Assembly (NCBI GenBank): GCA_963711835.1
Contig: CAVQFQ010000021.1
Coordinates: forward strand, 224,001-288,000
Direction: 5' to 3'
DNA length: 64,000 nt
From: an uncultured delta proteobacterium
GTDB lineage: Bacteria; Desulfobacterota; RBG-13-43-22
The notes under the pieces were generated by a model. That model saw only the letters and a program-made list of their open reading frames with translations. It did not search any database and was not told where the DNA came from. Made by a program: the position numbers and the translations under genes. Below are positions 18,754-27,549 of this stretch, piece by piece (within the stretch, counting starts at the first letter, position 1; each line of letters opens with the position of its first letter).

Positions 18754-20243
18754 TAGACCCATCTCAGAGTCACCGTCTTATCATCCAAAAACAGATTGAT
18801 CGAATCCATCCTGGATTTGGCGCTGCCGAAGAAAGAGTCTTTTTTAGAGCCCAGTCCGAAGAAGGCATACGGCTGAGGGATGCCGGCATTCACCCCCACA
18901 TTGCCGACTTCCACTTCCCGGATGAATTTGCGGGCCTGGATGCCGTTTTTGGTGACGATGCAGGCCGAGTGACCGTAGTTGGAGCTGTTGATCCAGGCGA
19001 TAACCTGATCCAGGTTATCGGCCCGCATGAGATTAGCCAGGGGACCGAAAGCCTCCTCTTTGGCCACTTCCATGGCCGGGTCAACCTCCTCGAAGATCGT
19101 CGGCGCCAGAAAGTAGCCCTTTTCATATCCCGGCACCTTCACGCCCCGCCCATCAAGCACCAGTTTGGCCCCTTCTTTGAGGCCTCGTTCAATGAACCGC
19201 TCCACCTTCTCCTTTCCCTGCCGGGTAGTCAGGGGGCCCATTTCCACCGTCTTATCCAGCCCGTATCCGAGTTTCATGGTCTGGGAGGCCGCGATAAATT
19301 TCTCCTTCAGCTCGTCATAGATGCCGCCCACCACGGCCACATTATCGGCCCCCAGGCAGCGCTGCCCGGTCATACCGAAGCAGCCCCGCAGCAGATACTG
19401 AACCGCTTCATCCGGGTCGGCATCGGGCATGATGACGATCGTGTTCTTCCCGTTCCCGTTCAGCGAAGAACGCTTGCCGTGTTTGCCGCAGAACTCGAAC
19501 AGCTCCCGGCCCAGTGAGGTCGAGCCGATCAGGCCTACTCCCTTGACCCGGGGATCGGAGAGGATCTGCCGGTTAAGATCACGGTCCGGCCCGGTATGAA
19601 TGAGGTTGATCACCCCGGGAGGCAAACCGACCTTCTCGGCCACCTTCATGACGGCGTCTGCGGCTACCGGATTCTGGCGACTGGGCTTGACGATTACCGT
19701 ACAGCCGCAGGCCAGGGCATAAGGGACAAAGGAAGACCAGGCGTGCATGGGGATATTGCCAGGAGTCAGGATGAGAAAAACCCCCACCGGCTCCCGCAGC
19801 CGATAGCAGTCGATGCCGGTAGCCAACTGGTCCACATGCTCTCCGCGATAATAGCTGTACATGGAGCTGCCGGCGGCCTCGATATTCTCAATGCAGCGCT
19901 GGATCGTGCCCACGGCCTCGTCATAGGTCCGGCCGTGATCCTGGACCAGGATCCGCGTCAGCCAATCGAAGTCCTGCCGGAATTGCTCCCGGAGGTTGAA
20001 GACCAATTCGGCCCGGTTGCGAAAAGGGACATTCCGCCATTTCTGGAAGGCCTCATGGGCCGCGGCAACAGCCTGGTCCACCTGATTTTTGCCGGCTATC
20101 GGGGCTTCGGCAATAACCTCGTCCTTAGCCGGATTGGTATCCTCGAAATAGTGGCCGGTTTCCGGCTCCACCCATTCACCGTTGATATAAAGTTTCAGCC
20201 GGCCGTAATGACCGGCCACTTCAGGCAAAAATGGCATGCTCAT
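18753..20243 (-). CDS. CoA-acylating aldehyde dehydrogenase, methylmalonate-semialdehyde dehydrogenase (ALDH6)-like
   Basis: GNGKNTIVIMPDAD (no ELGGK Glu), GCFGMTGQRC, GNVGVNAGIPQPYAFF, KDSFFG. Confidence 0.85.
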   Translation of the reverse strand: MSMPFLPEVAGHYGRLKLYINGEWVEPETGHYFEDTNPAKDEVIAEAPIAGKNQVDQAVAAAHEAFQKWRNVPFRNRAELVFNLREQFRQDFDWLTRILVQDHGRTYDEAVGTIQRCIENIEAAGSSMYSYYRGEHVDQLATGIDCYRLREPVGVFLILTPGNIPMHAWSSFVPYALACGCTVIVKPSRQNPVAADAVMKVAEKVGLPPGVINLIHTGPDRDLNRQILSDPRVKGVGLIGSTSLGRELFEFCGKHGKRSSLNGNGKNTIVIMPDADPDEAVQYLLRGCFGMTGQRCLGADNVAVVGGIYDELKEKFIAASQTMKLGYGLDKTVEMGPLTTRQGKEKVERFIERGLKEGAKLVLDGRGVKVPGYEKGYFLAPTIFEEVDPAMEVAKEEAFGPLANLMRADNLDQVIAWINSSNYGHSACIVTKNGIQARKFIREVEVGNVGVNAGIPQPYAFFGLGSKKDSFFGSAKSRMDSINLFLDDKTVTLRWV

Positions 20244-20386
20244 CTCCTTTTAAAAATATTCTCTCCACCAAATCGAATTATCCCTTTTTCGTTCATAGGC
20301 GACCTGAGCTTAAATACTATCGAAAAAATTTATCAAGAAAAATGTTTATGTTAAAATTGGACAACCAACTATGACCTCCCTGCCGT

Positions 20387-20415
20387 TTGCTTTCCCCCCA
20401 AAAACAGGGTATACT
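20387..20415 (+). promoter_or_regulatory. sigma70-type promoter giving a near-leaderless mRNA
   Basis: TTGCTT-17-TATACT ending 10 nt before ATG 20426; no RBS. Confidence 0.55.
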
Positions 20416-20425
20416 ATTTCCCCTT

Positions 20426-21316
20426 ATGAAACAAAAAAATCCTTTCGAACTATTAGGCATCGCTCCGGAAATGGTTCGTTCCCTGGAAGGCAACGATTTG
20501 TTTTCCCTGGTCAAATCCTCCTACCGGGCACTTATGCTCATTTATCATCCCGACCGAAGTCCTTTAGGCGACCCAATTCTTCAGAACCAGAGGACCCGGA
20601 AAGTGGCTGAAATCAATCTGGCTTTCGAAAAACTGGACCATGACCGCCGTCCGGAATCCTTAGCGCACTGTAAGGAATTGTATCTCCGGCGGATTGGGCA
20701 GGGCTGGAGAAAAACCATCAGGCAGTTAAACCGCGATATTTCAGCCTTGAATTCCCAAAATCAGACCCTTTCTCAAGCCTATCTCCGGCATTTGATGGAA
20801 CCCTGTTTCCGCCACAATCAAGAGCCTTCCACCGGGACGGCCACAATTTTCAACCTCAATAACCGGCAAATCGGACTTCAGGATATTGCCATCAACCATA
20901 ATGTGCGTTCCGTGAACTGGAATTTAGGAACCAATTACAAGGAAATTAAATTTGATGCCGAGGGGAAGATGTTTTATAAACTCCCCTGCCGCAAACGGTT
21001 TATGCAAATCAATTTCATAACCCTCTTAGGTTCGGTGGACAAAAGCCGGGTGGATCTTCTGCCCATACTGGATCGGGTGCTCCCCCGGGATCAAGCCCTG
21101 GAACAAAAGAAATGGAAAAAGGCCTCAGCGGAGAATCTAAAATACTTTGATCTGCTGAACAGTTTGTCCCTCGATGAATTCCGGGAGCATTGCCTGCCTT
21201 TTTTAAAGCCGGAGTTGGAGGAAGGGGCTTTTCTTTTTTCCATCCATCGCACCCGTCCCCAACCCGACCGTATCAACCTCGAAGGGCTCATCATCCGCAT
21301 CCACCCCCGGAGTTAA
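20426..21316 (+). CDS. J-domain-containing protein
   Basis: NPFELLGI, KSSYRALMLIYHPDR, EINLAFEKL; C-terminal region not recognised. Confidence 0.75.
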   Translation: MKQKNPFELLGIAPEMVRSLEGNDLFSLVKSSYRALMLIYHPDRSPLGDPILQNQRTRKVAEINLAFEKLDHDRRPESLAHCKELYLRRIGQGWRKTIRQLNRDISALNSQNQTLSQAYLRHLMEPCFRHNQEPSTGTATIFNLNNRQIGLQDIAINHNVRSVNWNLGTNYKEIKFDAEGKMFYKLPCRKRFMQINFITLLGSVDKSRVDLLPILDRVLPRDQALEQKKWKKASAENLKYFDLLNSLSLDEFREHCLPFLKPELEEGAFLFSIHRTRPQPDRINLEGLIIRIHPRS

Positions 21317-21811
21317 TCAGGGACCCGAAGGGCTGGGACAAATAGGAACATTTTCGTGAAAAACCCAGATGCGGGAAGTCTTTCCGGGTATCCTTTGGCC
21401 TTGGCCATAGCGTTTTCTAAGCTCAGGATCCCGGGTTAATCCCAAGGCATGATAGGGGCGATTTTTTTTATACCGCCCCAGGTATTCTAAGGCGGCATAG
21501 TGGCCCCCCCGGACGTTTTCATGGACTTCATAATCAATATTCCATTCCTCCTGCCAGCGGATAAAGACCGGGCTCAGACCGGGAGGACTTTGGTTGTCAA
21601 CACCGTCGGCAGGGTAGCATCCCCCATGATCCCCGGCAAAAGCCTCCAAGGCCGAACCGATCTCGTTGGCCCTGGCGATAAATTCCCGGTAAGGGGCTTC
21701 CCTCCCTTTAATGGTCTGGTTGACCGCCAGGAAGGTCACCAAAACCATCAGGGTCACTGTGATCCCCAATTCCCAGCGGGACATCCCCAGGATATTTTTT
21801 TTTACGGACAT
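21317..21811 (-). CDS. Pilin/pseudopilin-like protein
   Basis: G|MSRWELGITVTLMVLV prepilin-like cleavage site with Glu+5; ALEAFAGDHGGCYP resembles GspG-type proteins. Confidence 0.55.
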   Translation of the reverse strand: MSVKKNILGMSRWELGITVTLMVLVTFLAVNQTIKGREAPYREFIARANEIGSALEAFAGDHGGCYPADGVDNQSPPGLSPVFIRWQEEWNIDYEVHENVRGGHYAALEYLGRYKKNRPYHALGLTRDPELRKRYGQGQRIPGKTSRIWVFHENVPICPSPSGP

Positions 21812-21888
21812 AAGGGATTGACAGGCATGAAATATTTTTTTTATTTATATCGCCTTGACAGGAAAAAGGGAAGGAGATTCTAACCGTT

Positions 21889-22854
21889 ATGGAACCCGCT
21901 TATCTGGACCTCTGGTCCAGGGGAGAATTAAAAAAAAGGACGGAACAGGCCCGAGAAACCCTGCTTTCCTGCACCCTCTGCCCCCGGTCATGTGGGGTAA
22001 ACAGGGCGGATGGAGAAAGAGGTTTTTGCCGGCAAGGATCCCTGCCCAAGGTAGCTAAGGCCCTGCCCCATTTCGGAGAGGAACCGCCCCTCTCAGGCTT
22101 TAAAGGGGCGGGGACGGTTTTTTTTTCAGGCTGCGCCCTTCACTGCCTGTACTGCCAGAATTACCAGATCAGCCAGGAAGGATTGGGGGAAGAAATAACC
22201 CCGATAGAACTGGCCGACCTTTTTTTGGATCTTCAGGATCAGGGCTGTCATAATCTGGACCTGGTATCACCGACCCCTCATCTCCCTTTTATTCTCCAGG
22301 CCCTGGAATCGGCCATCCCCAGGGGTTTTAGACTGCCGCTGGTTTACAACACCCATGGCTATCTCTCCGAATCCACCCTTGCTCTTCTGAATGGGATCGT
22401 GGATATTTATCTCCCTGACCTCAAATATGGGGAAGATCGCCAAGGCTCCCGGCTGTCTCAGGTCGAGAATTATACCGCCTGCGCCCTGAAGGCCATAAAA
22501 ACTATGTTCGGCCAGGTGGGGCCTTTGAGGATTGACGAAAAGGGTCTGGCTTACCGGGGGCTGCTCATACGTCACCTGGTCCTGCCCCAAGACCAATCCG
22601 CCAGCGGAGAAGTCCTAAGGACCCTGGCCTCTTTTTCTCTCCGGATCCCCTTGAGCCTGATGGCCCAATACCGGCCCTGTTATAAAGCCCTCCAGGTCCC
22701 GGAGATCAACCGTCCTTTAGAGGCTGATGAATACCAACAGGTCGTTGACTTGGGAATCCAATTAGGCCTGGAGGAAATCTTTATCCAGGAACTGGAGAGC
22801 GCGGAAATCTATAGCCCGGATTTTGCCGCAGAGGACCCCTTTCAACATCTCTAA
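21889..22854 (+). CDS. Radical SAM protein, PflX-like
   Basis: CTLCPRSCGVNR, HFGEEPPLSG, GCALHCLYCQN, RHLVLP, MAQYRP. Confidence 0.88.
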   Translation: MEPAYLDLWSRGELKKRTEQARETLLSCTLCPRSCGVNRADGERGFCRQGSLPKVAKALPHFGEEPPLSGFKGAGTVFFSGCALHCLYCQNYQISQEGLGEEITPIELADLFLDLQDQGCHNLDLVSPTPHLPFILQALESAIPRGFRLPLVYNTHGYLSESTLALLNGIVDIYLPDLKYGEDRQGSRLSQVENYTACALKAIKTMFGQVGPLRIDEKGLAYRGLLIRHLVLPQDQSASGEVLRTLASFSLRIPLSLMAQYRPCYKALQVPEINRPLEADEYQQVVDLGIQLGLEEIFIQELESAEIYSPDFAAEDPFQHL

Positions 22855-22881
22855 CGATGGACCATCCCTATGAACCCTGGA

Positions 22882-23169
22882 CTTATTAAGGGTCTCATAA
22901 TTGAGGAGCTTGCATTAAATGGGCCCGGGGAGTCTTCTTTTCTGGGTTGTCCACCTTCAAGCCCAAAGCTTCTTTGCCGGGCCAAATTCGGGATCTAATT
23001 CAGAGACAGGCCTACCCTAATGCCCGAAACGGTCTTGAGTGAATGCCCTGCACCTAACCCACTTAGCCGTCCGGGCCGGGATAGGGCGATGAGTTGCCCT
23101 TTGGACAACCCCAGAAAAGAAGACCCCCCGGGCCCTGTTGGTCACTATTATTTTGAGACTCTTAATAAG
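22882..23169 (+). mobile_element. Nested-IR MITE-like element, divergent copy (end type C)
   Basis: Outer IR 22882-22901/23150-23169 (18/20); inner IR 22921-22953/23102-23135; core aggcctaccctaatgc...cttgagtgaatgccctgc...cttag...cgggccggg matches the other copies. Confidence 0.8.
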
Positions 23170-23295
23170 GTCGTGCAGACGGAAGGCCTTTTTTATTCTT
23201 GACATTTTTTTAATCATCGCCAATTAAAAATAGAAGAAATTTTTTTAATATGAGATTATGGAAATCTACCGGTCGGCAGAAAGGAGTGATCTCGG

Positions 23296-24009
23296 GTGCT
23301 GAGAGGAATTTGCCGGAGGGACTCGGCTTGGTTAAAAAAAATGGGTTCTTTGGCCCTGATCGTGTGCCTCTTTTTAGGCTTGTTTTCCTGCCGGCCGGCC
23401 CTTCCGCCGGTCACGGTCGCCCTGCCCGGCCCAGCCTCTCCACCCCCTCCTTCCGAGCAGTTCCCTTCATCCAGTGAGATCGCCAAAACCGCCAAGACAG
23501 CGGAAGACCTGCCCGAACCGGTCTTGATGCCCCATCCTTCCGAGTTGATTCCGACCCTACCGCCCTGTCCCCCTCCCCTGCCGCAAGGAGACTGGGGCAT
23601 CATCGTTAAAAAACAGAAGCGGAAATTGGAACTTTATCAGCGTTGTCAACTGCTGAAAGTCTTTCCCATTGACCTGGGTGAAAACCCCAAAGGTCCCAAA
23701 CTCTTTCAAGGGGATATGAGGACTCCGGAAGGCTTATACCAAGTCATCGAAAAAAAGGATTGGGGGCAGACCAAATACTATCTGGCCTTCCTATTGGACT
23801 ATCCCAACAAACTGGATCGAGCCCGATACGACCAGGCCCTGCTCAAGGGCACCATTCCCAAGGAAACCGGCATCGGGGGGCTGATCGAAATTCATGGGGA
23901 GGGCAAAGGCCTGGATTGGACCCAGGGGTGCATCGCCTTGCACAACCCGCATATGCAGGAATTATTCGCCTCCATCCCGGTGGGAACCCCGGTCTGGATC
24001 GAACCTTGA
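23296..24009 (+). CDS. L,D-transpeptidase (YkuD) family lipoprotein
   Basis: Lipobox LFSC, Pro-rich linker, GDMRTPEGLY, IEIHG...WTQGCIAL. Confidence 0.88.
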   Translation: MLRGICRRDSAWLKKMGSLALIVCLFLGLFSCRPALPPVTVALPGPASPPPPSEQFPSSSEIAKTAKTAEDLPEPVLMPHPSELIPTLPPCPPPLPQGDWGIIVKKQKRKLELYQRCQLLKVFPIDLGENPKGPKLFQGDMRTPEGLYQVIEKKDWGQTKYYLAFLLDYPNKLDRARYDQALLKGTIPKETGIGGLIEIHGEGKGLDWTQGCIALHNPHMQELFASIPVGTPVWIEP

Positions 24010-24031
24010 TGATTTCAACCCGGGAAGAACC

Positions 24032-24304
24032 ATGATGGCAACACTAAAAAAATGGGGGAATAGCCAGGGATTGCGGTTTTCTAAATCCCTGCTTGAAAAG
24101 GCAAAGATGGGTGTCGGCGACCAGGTGGAGGTCATCGCCGAAGAAGGTCAGATTATTGTTAAAACCCCGCATCAAATCAGGGGAAAATATAGAATCCGGG
24201 ATCTGGTAGCTCGGATGCCCAAGCATTATAAACCAAAGGAAATTTCCTTTCGATCCGCAATGGAAAAGACCTCGATCTCCTTACTGGAGTCCTTAACCAG
24301 ATAG
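24032..24304 (+). pseudogene. AbrB/MazE antitoxin with truncated, chimeric C-terminus and no cognate toxin
   Basis: LKKWGNSQGLRF; after KPKEI the frame runs into the antisense strand of relE. Confidence 0.7.
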
Positions 24305-24487
24305 AGTATCCGGTAATTGCCAACCCTAATTCTGGCGCCTTCCCCGGCCATGAAGCCTTTTGACGTTGCGGAGATAGGGGTTCTTTTTTAAGGCAAGAAT
24401 GGTTTTTATGATTTTGTCATGGATTCTTGGGGGAAGATCATCTAATTCTTTTTCTGCCGATCTTTTTAGGTTGACCGTATATGGCAT
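24227..24487 (-). pseudogene. RelE/ParE toxin, frameshifted
   Basis: MPYTVNLKRSAEKELDDLP...NVKRLHGR, an extra G in a GGGG run (~24342-24345), then EGARIRVGNYRILY...ADRKEI in the shifted frame; TAATG coupling to the antitoxin. Confidence 0.8.
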
Positions 24488-24711
24488 TATCTGCCCTTTT
24501 TCTTCCGGACTGATAGATAGTCGTCTAAGCTTCGGGAGGGTTCCTTGCGACGTTGCTCGATAATAACGGTATCGATCAAGTCTTCAAGAAATTCCTTGTC
24601 GCTCAGCATTTTATCAACGACAGCCTCTCTGGTCTTCTTTGGCAAAGCCCGAAAAGCTGTCAAGAAGACCTCGGACGTTGCCTCTATGGTAGTCATGGCA
24701 AGCACCTCCAT
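24487..24711 (-). CDS. Putative antitoxin of the RelE module
   Basis: Small protein (EDLIDTVIIEQRRKEPSRSLDDYL) coupled to relE; true start probably the second Met. Confidence 0.72.
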   Translation of the reverse strand: MEVLAMTTIEATSEVFLTAFRALPKKTREAVVDKMLSDKEFLEDLIDTVIIEQRRKEPSRSLDDYLSVRKKKGR

Positions 24712-24884
24712 TTCCTTTTTTTATTATAACAAATGGTCAAACGATATCAACCATCGAATACGCAGTCCCTTTTTACAGAGTGCCACCGCCGGAGGCCGGG
24801 TTCTTTTCAACTGGCGGTATCTCCCCCCGGTTGAAAAATATTTCATCTCTGCGTCTTTCGCTTCTCCGCGGTAAATACTGTATT

Positions 24885-25131
24885 TGGCCGGCCGGCCGGG
24901 ATTATTCCGGGATTCCTCCCGTCCTGCGATCCAGACCTTGAAAGTCCGGGGATCGGCCTCTTCGATCTGGTCGATCAGCCAGTCCTTGACTTCCAGGACC
25001 AGCAGGCCCTGCTGTTTGCCGAAAAGAACGAAGTCGGGCTCCTTGCCCTGTTCCCCGATGGTTGGCTCATACCAGCCGATAAAGTCGTTATCCGGCCGGG
25101 CCGCTTCCCGGAGGAACCGAAATACTTTCCG
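24885..25131 (-). pseudogene. NERD-domain nuclease fragment A
   Basis: RKVFRFLREAARPDNDFIGWYEP...EPDFVLF...GLLVLEVKDW (PD-(D/E)xK); truncated at both ends. Confidence 0.75.
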
Positions 25132-25303
25132 ACCCATCGTTCAGGACTTAATAAGCCTGCCCCGGCTGGTAATCAGCCTGGGGGATCCAGCTCTTAAAGC
25201 TGTCCCATCCACATTATATCCACCTTTTAAAGGCCAGCCCCTTCTCCATAGGAACATGGTTTTCTGTCCAGGGTCTTTGCCTATTCTTTTCCAAATAAAT
25301 TTC

Positions 25304-25334
25304 TTGACAACAAAAATAATAAAGTTATACTTTT
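25304..25334 (+). promoter_or_regulatory. vapBC promoter with palindromic operator
   Basis: TTGACA-16-TATACT, overlapped by aaagt-tat-acttt. Confidence 0.6.
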
Positions 25335-25354
25335 CATAATAAAGGAGAACTTTT

Positions 25355-25606
25355 ATGGCCCTGGCACAAATCTCCCCCAAAGGTCAAATTTTACTCCCCA
25401 AGAGGATTCGAAATAAATACGGAGTGCGGCCTGGGGGAAAAGTCCATCTTCTGGAACAAGCCGACGGCATTCTTATCAAGCCGGCCCCCCAGGATCCTGT
25501 AGAGACCGCCTGCGGGTTTCTTAAAGGCGATTTTCCCCTGACCAAAGATCTTCTCAAGGAACACCTCAAAGAACGGCGCCATGGAACAACCCGTCATCCT
25601 CGATAG
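25355..25606 (+). CDS. AbrB-type antitoxin (VapB)
   Basis: AQISPKGQILLPKRIRNKYGVRPG; overlaps the PIN toxin gene. Confidence 0.88.
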   Translation: MALAQISPKGQILLPKRIRNKYGVRPGGKVHLLEQADGILIKPAPQDPVETACGFLKGDFPLTKDLLKEHLKERRHGTTRHPR

Positions 25607-25997
25607 TTTTGCGTTAATCAGCCTGTTTCACCGGGAACCCGGCTGGGAAACAGTCCATTCCATTCTAAAAGACCTAGCCCAAAAAAAGAAGAAGGCCGTT
25701 CTATGCCGGATTAACTGGGGCGAATTCTACTACATTGTAAAAAGGCGCGTCGGCCAGACCAAAACACTGGAGGCCCTGGCATTGATCGAACAATTGCCCA
25801 TAGACATTCTTTCGGTGGACGATCCGCTGATCAGCGAAGCGGCAGAAATCAAGGCCGATTATCCCATCGCCTATGCAGATGCCTTTTGTGTGGCTACGGC
25901 CAAGAGAATGGATGGCCTGATAGTGACCAGCGATCCTGAATTTAAGGCTGTGGAAAAATTGATTCCGGTACGATGGATAACCGGCCGGAAAAAATAA
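25581..25997 (+). CDS. vapC: PIN-domain toxin
   Basis: VILDSFAL, INWGEFYY, IAYADAFCVATA, IVTSDPEF. Confidence 0.9.
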   Translation: MEQPVILDSFALISLFHREPGWETVHSILKDLAQKKKKAVLCRINWGEFYYIVKRRVGQTKTLEALALIEQLPIDILSVDDPLISEAAEIKADYPIAYADAFCVATAKRMDGLIVTSDPEFKAVEKLIPVRWITGRKK

Positions 25998-26039
25998 TCC
26001 GATTTTTTCCACACCAAGAAATCCTCTTTTTGATAACGT

Positions 26040-26140
26040 AAGACCTTCCGTTCGCCCTCGGTGGCGCTTGCCAGGCCTTCGATATCCTCGGGGTGCATGC
26101 GGGCCATGTCAATTTTATTCCACGAATTCAAGAACGTCCC
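26040..26140 (-). pseudogene. NERD gene 5' fragment B
   Basis: MARMHPEDIEGLASATEGERKV from ATG 26107; near-identical to 27381-27481. Confidence 0.75.
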
Positions 26141-26160
26141 GGACTTTGAAATAATCCTAC

Positions 26161-26212
26161 TTGATTTTTTCCACCACATAGTGTAAATTTTAACCATGAA
26201 GGTGGTGGAAAA
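26161..26212. promoter_or_regulatory. Bipartite palindromic site overlapping a leaderless promoter
   Basis: TTTTCCACCAC(26167-26177)-N24-GTGGTGGAAAA(26202-26212); TTGATT-17-TAAATT with ATG 26196 just downstream. Confidence 0.7.
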
Positions 26213-26528
26213 GGATAGGTTAGTCGACGGCATGCTTCAGGAAGAACTGAAGCGGTGCCACGATATGGTCTCTTCCCTGGAACAGGAAATCGTCCGCCTG
26301 CCTAAAGGGTCTCTCCACGTTCGGAAAAAACAATATAAAAAAAAGCGATACCGATATTTTTATTTGAAATACCGGGAAGGAGAGAAAAGCGTCAGCCGTC
26401 ATGTTCCTGCGCCTCAACTGGAAGCTTTAAAAAAAGAATTGGACAAACGGAGGGATATCGGAAAGGAAATCAAAGCCTATCAAGACCGGATTAAGTACCT
26501 GGAGAAAGTCCTTGGATTAAAGGCTTAA
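26196..26528 (+). CDS. Basic coiled-coil protein, putative DNA-binding partner of the nucleotidyltransferase
   Basis: LPKGSLHVRK...YFYLKYREGEKSVSRHV flanked by coiled coils. Confidence 0.7.
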   Translation: MKVVEKDRLVDGMLQEELKRCHDMVSSLEQEIVRLPKGSLHVRKKQYKKKRYRYFYLKYREGEKSVSRHVPAPQLEALKKELDKRRDIGKEIKAYQDRIKYLEKVLGLKA

Positions 26529-26534
26529 GCAATC

Positions 26535-27221
26535 ATGGAAGTAGCCCTTAAAAATAAAACCGTTATTCCTAAAAATGTGGCGGACATTCTTCGCTCCCTC
26601 TCCTTGGCCGATTTCTTTTCTCAGGGGTTGCTGGTCGGGAGCTGGGTGATGCTGCTCTACAAGGAAATTTTCAGGATCCGTTATACACTGAGGACCTTCG
26701 ATATAGATTTTGCCCTGGAAACCATCACTCCGGTATCCGGAAATTTTGTGGATCTCGAAAAGACACTCACCGACCTGGGTTATCTGGTGGTTACCGACTA
26801 CCATACGGGTTTACGGAAGTTCACCAGGGAGGGTTTGGAGGTCGAATTCCTGATTCACCGTAAAGGCGGCCGGGACGTCCCAAAGATAGAAGTTAAGCAC
26901 CTGAACGTCAGCGCCCTTCCGCTCCCGCATGTCGACATCCTGTTCTTATTTCCGATAATCGTTGATTTCGGAGATTATAAAATCCGCATCCCTTCTCCGG
27001 AAGCCCTATTTCTCCACAAATTGATTATTGCCCAGAAAAGAAAAAGTGAGGCCAAGAAAGAAAACGACCTTGCCCAGTGCAAAATTTTATCAGTCGCCCT
27101 TAATTCCGAAAAACTACGACAAATTTTTATAACTTTAAAATTCAGCATGAAGACCCGTGGTTTGATAGCTACCTCCTGTAGGGCCATCAATTTTCCACCA
27201 CATTTTCTTGATTTCAAATAG
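26535..27221 (+). CDS. GSU2403-like nucleotidyltransferase-fold protein
   Basis: LLVGSW, LRTFDIDF (GS...DxD), VEFL, PSPEALFLHKLIIAQKR. Confidence 0.78.
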   Translation: MEVALKNKTVIPKNVADILRSLSLADFFSQGLLVGSWVMLLYKEIFRIRYTLRTFDIDFALETITPVSGNFVDLEKTLTDLGYLVVTDYHTGLRKFTREGLEVEFLIHRKGGRDVPKIEVKHLNVSALPLPHVDILFLFPIIVDFGDYKIRIPSPEALFLHKLIIAQKRKSEAKKENDLAQCKILSVALNSEKLRQIFITLKFSMKTRGLIATSCRAINFPPHFLDFK

Positions 27222-27237
27222 TATGTGGTGGAAAAAA
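27191..27237. repeat. Second bipartite palindromic site
   Basis: TTTTCCACCAC(27191-27201)-N23-GTGGTGGAAAA(27225-27235). Confidence 0.75.
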
Positions 27238-27320
27238 ACCTTCTGAACTTGGGCTTCACCCCCCTTCGAACTTTTCACCTTTTAGGACTTACCTTTGAGG
27301 GTCCGACCTCAAATCACAAC

Positions 27321-27481
27321 GTTGGTTCATACCAACCGATAAAATCCGAGTCCGGCCGGGCCGCTTCCCGGAGGAAACGAAAGACCTTCCGTTCGCCCTC
27401 GGTGGGGCTTTCCAGGCCTTCGATATCCTCGGGGTGCATGCGGGCCATGTCAATTTAATTCCACGAATTCAAGAACGTCCC
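27321..27481 (-). pseudogene. NERD gene 5' fragment C
   Basis: MARMHPEDIEGLESPTEGERKVFRFLREAARPDSDFIGWYEPT from ATG 27448; homologous to both A and B. Confidence 0.75.
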
Positions 27482-27549
27482 AGTCTCCATGCTAATTTTT
27501 TCTGCACTCTCGGAACGAACGTCCCCTATTCCAGGGAAGGGCTAAGGGA

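Noticed and set aside
5972-19517. Long antisense ORFs such as 5972..6811, 12951..13790 and 18735..19517
   Set aside because: Shadow frames of well-supported genes in GC-rich DNA.
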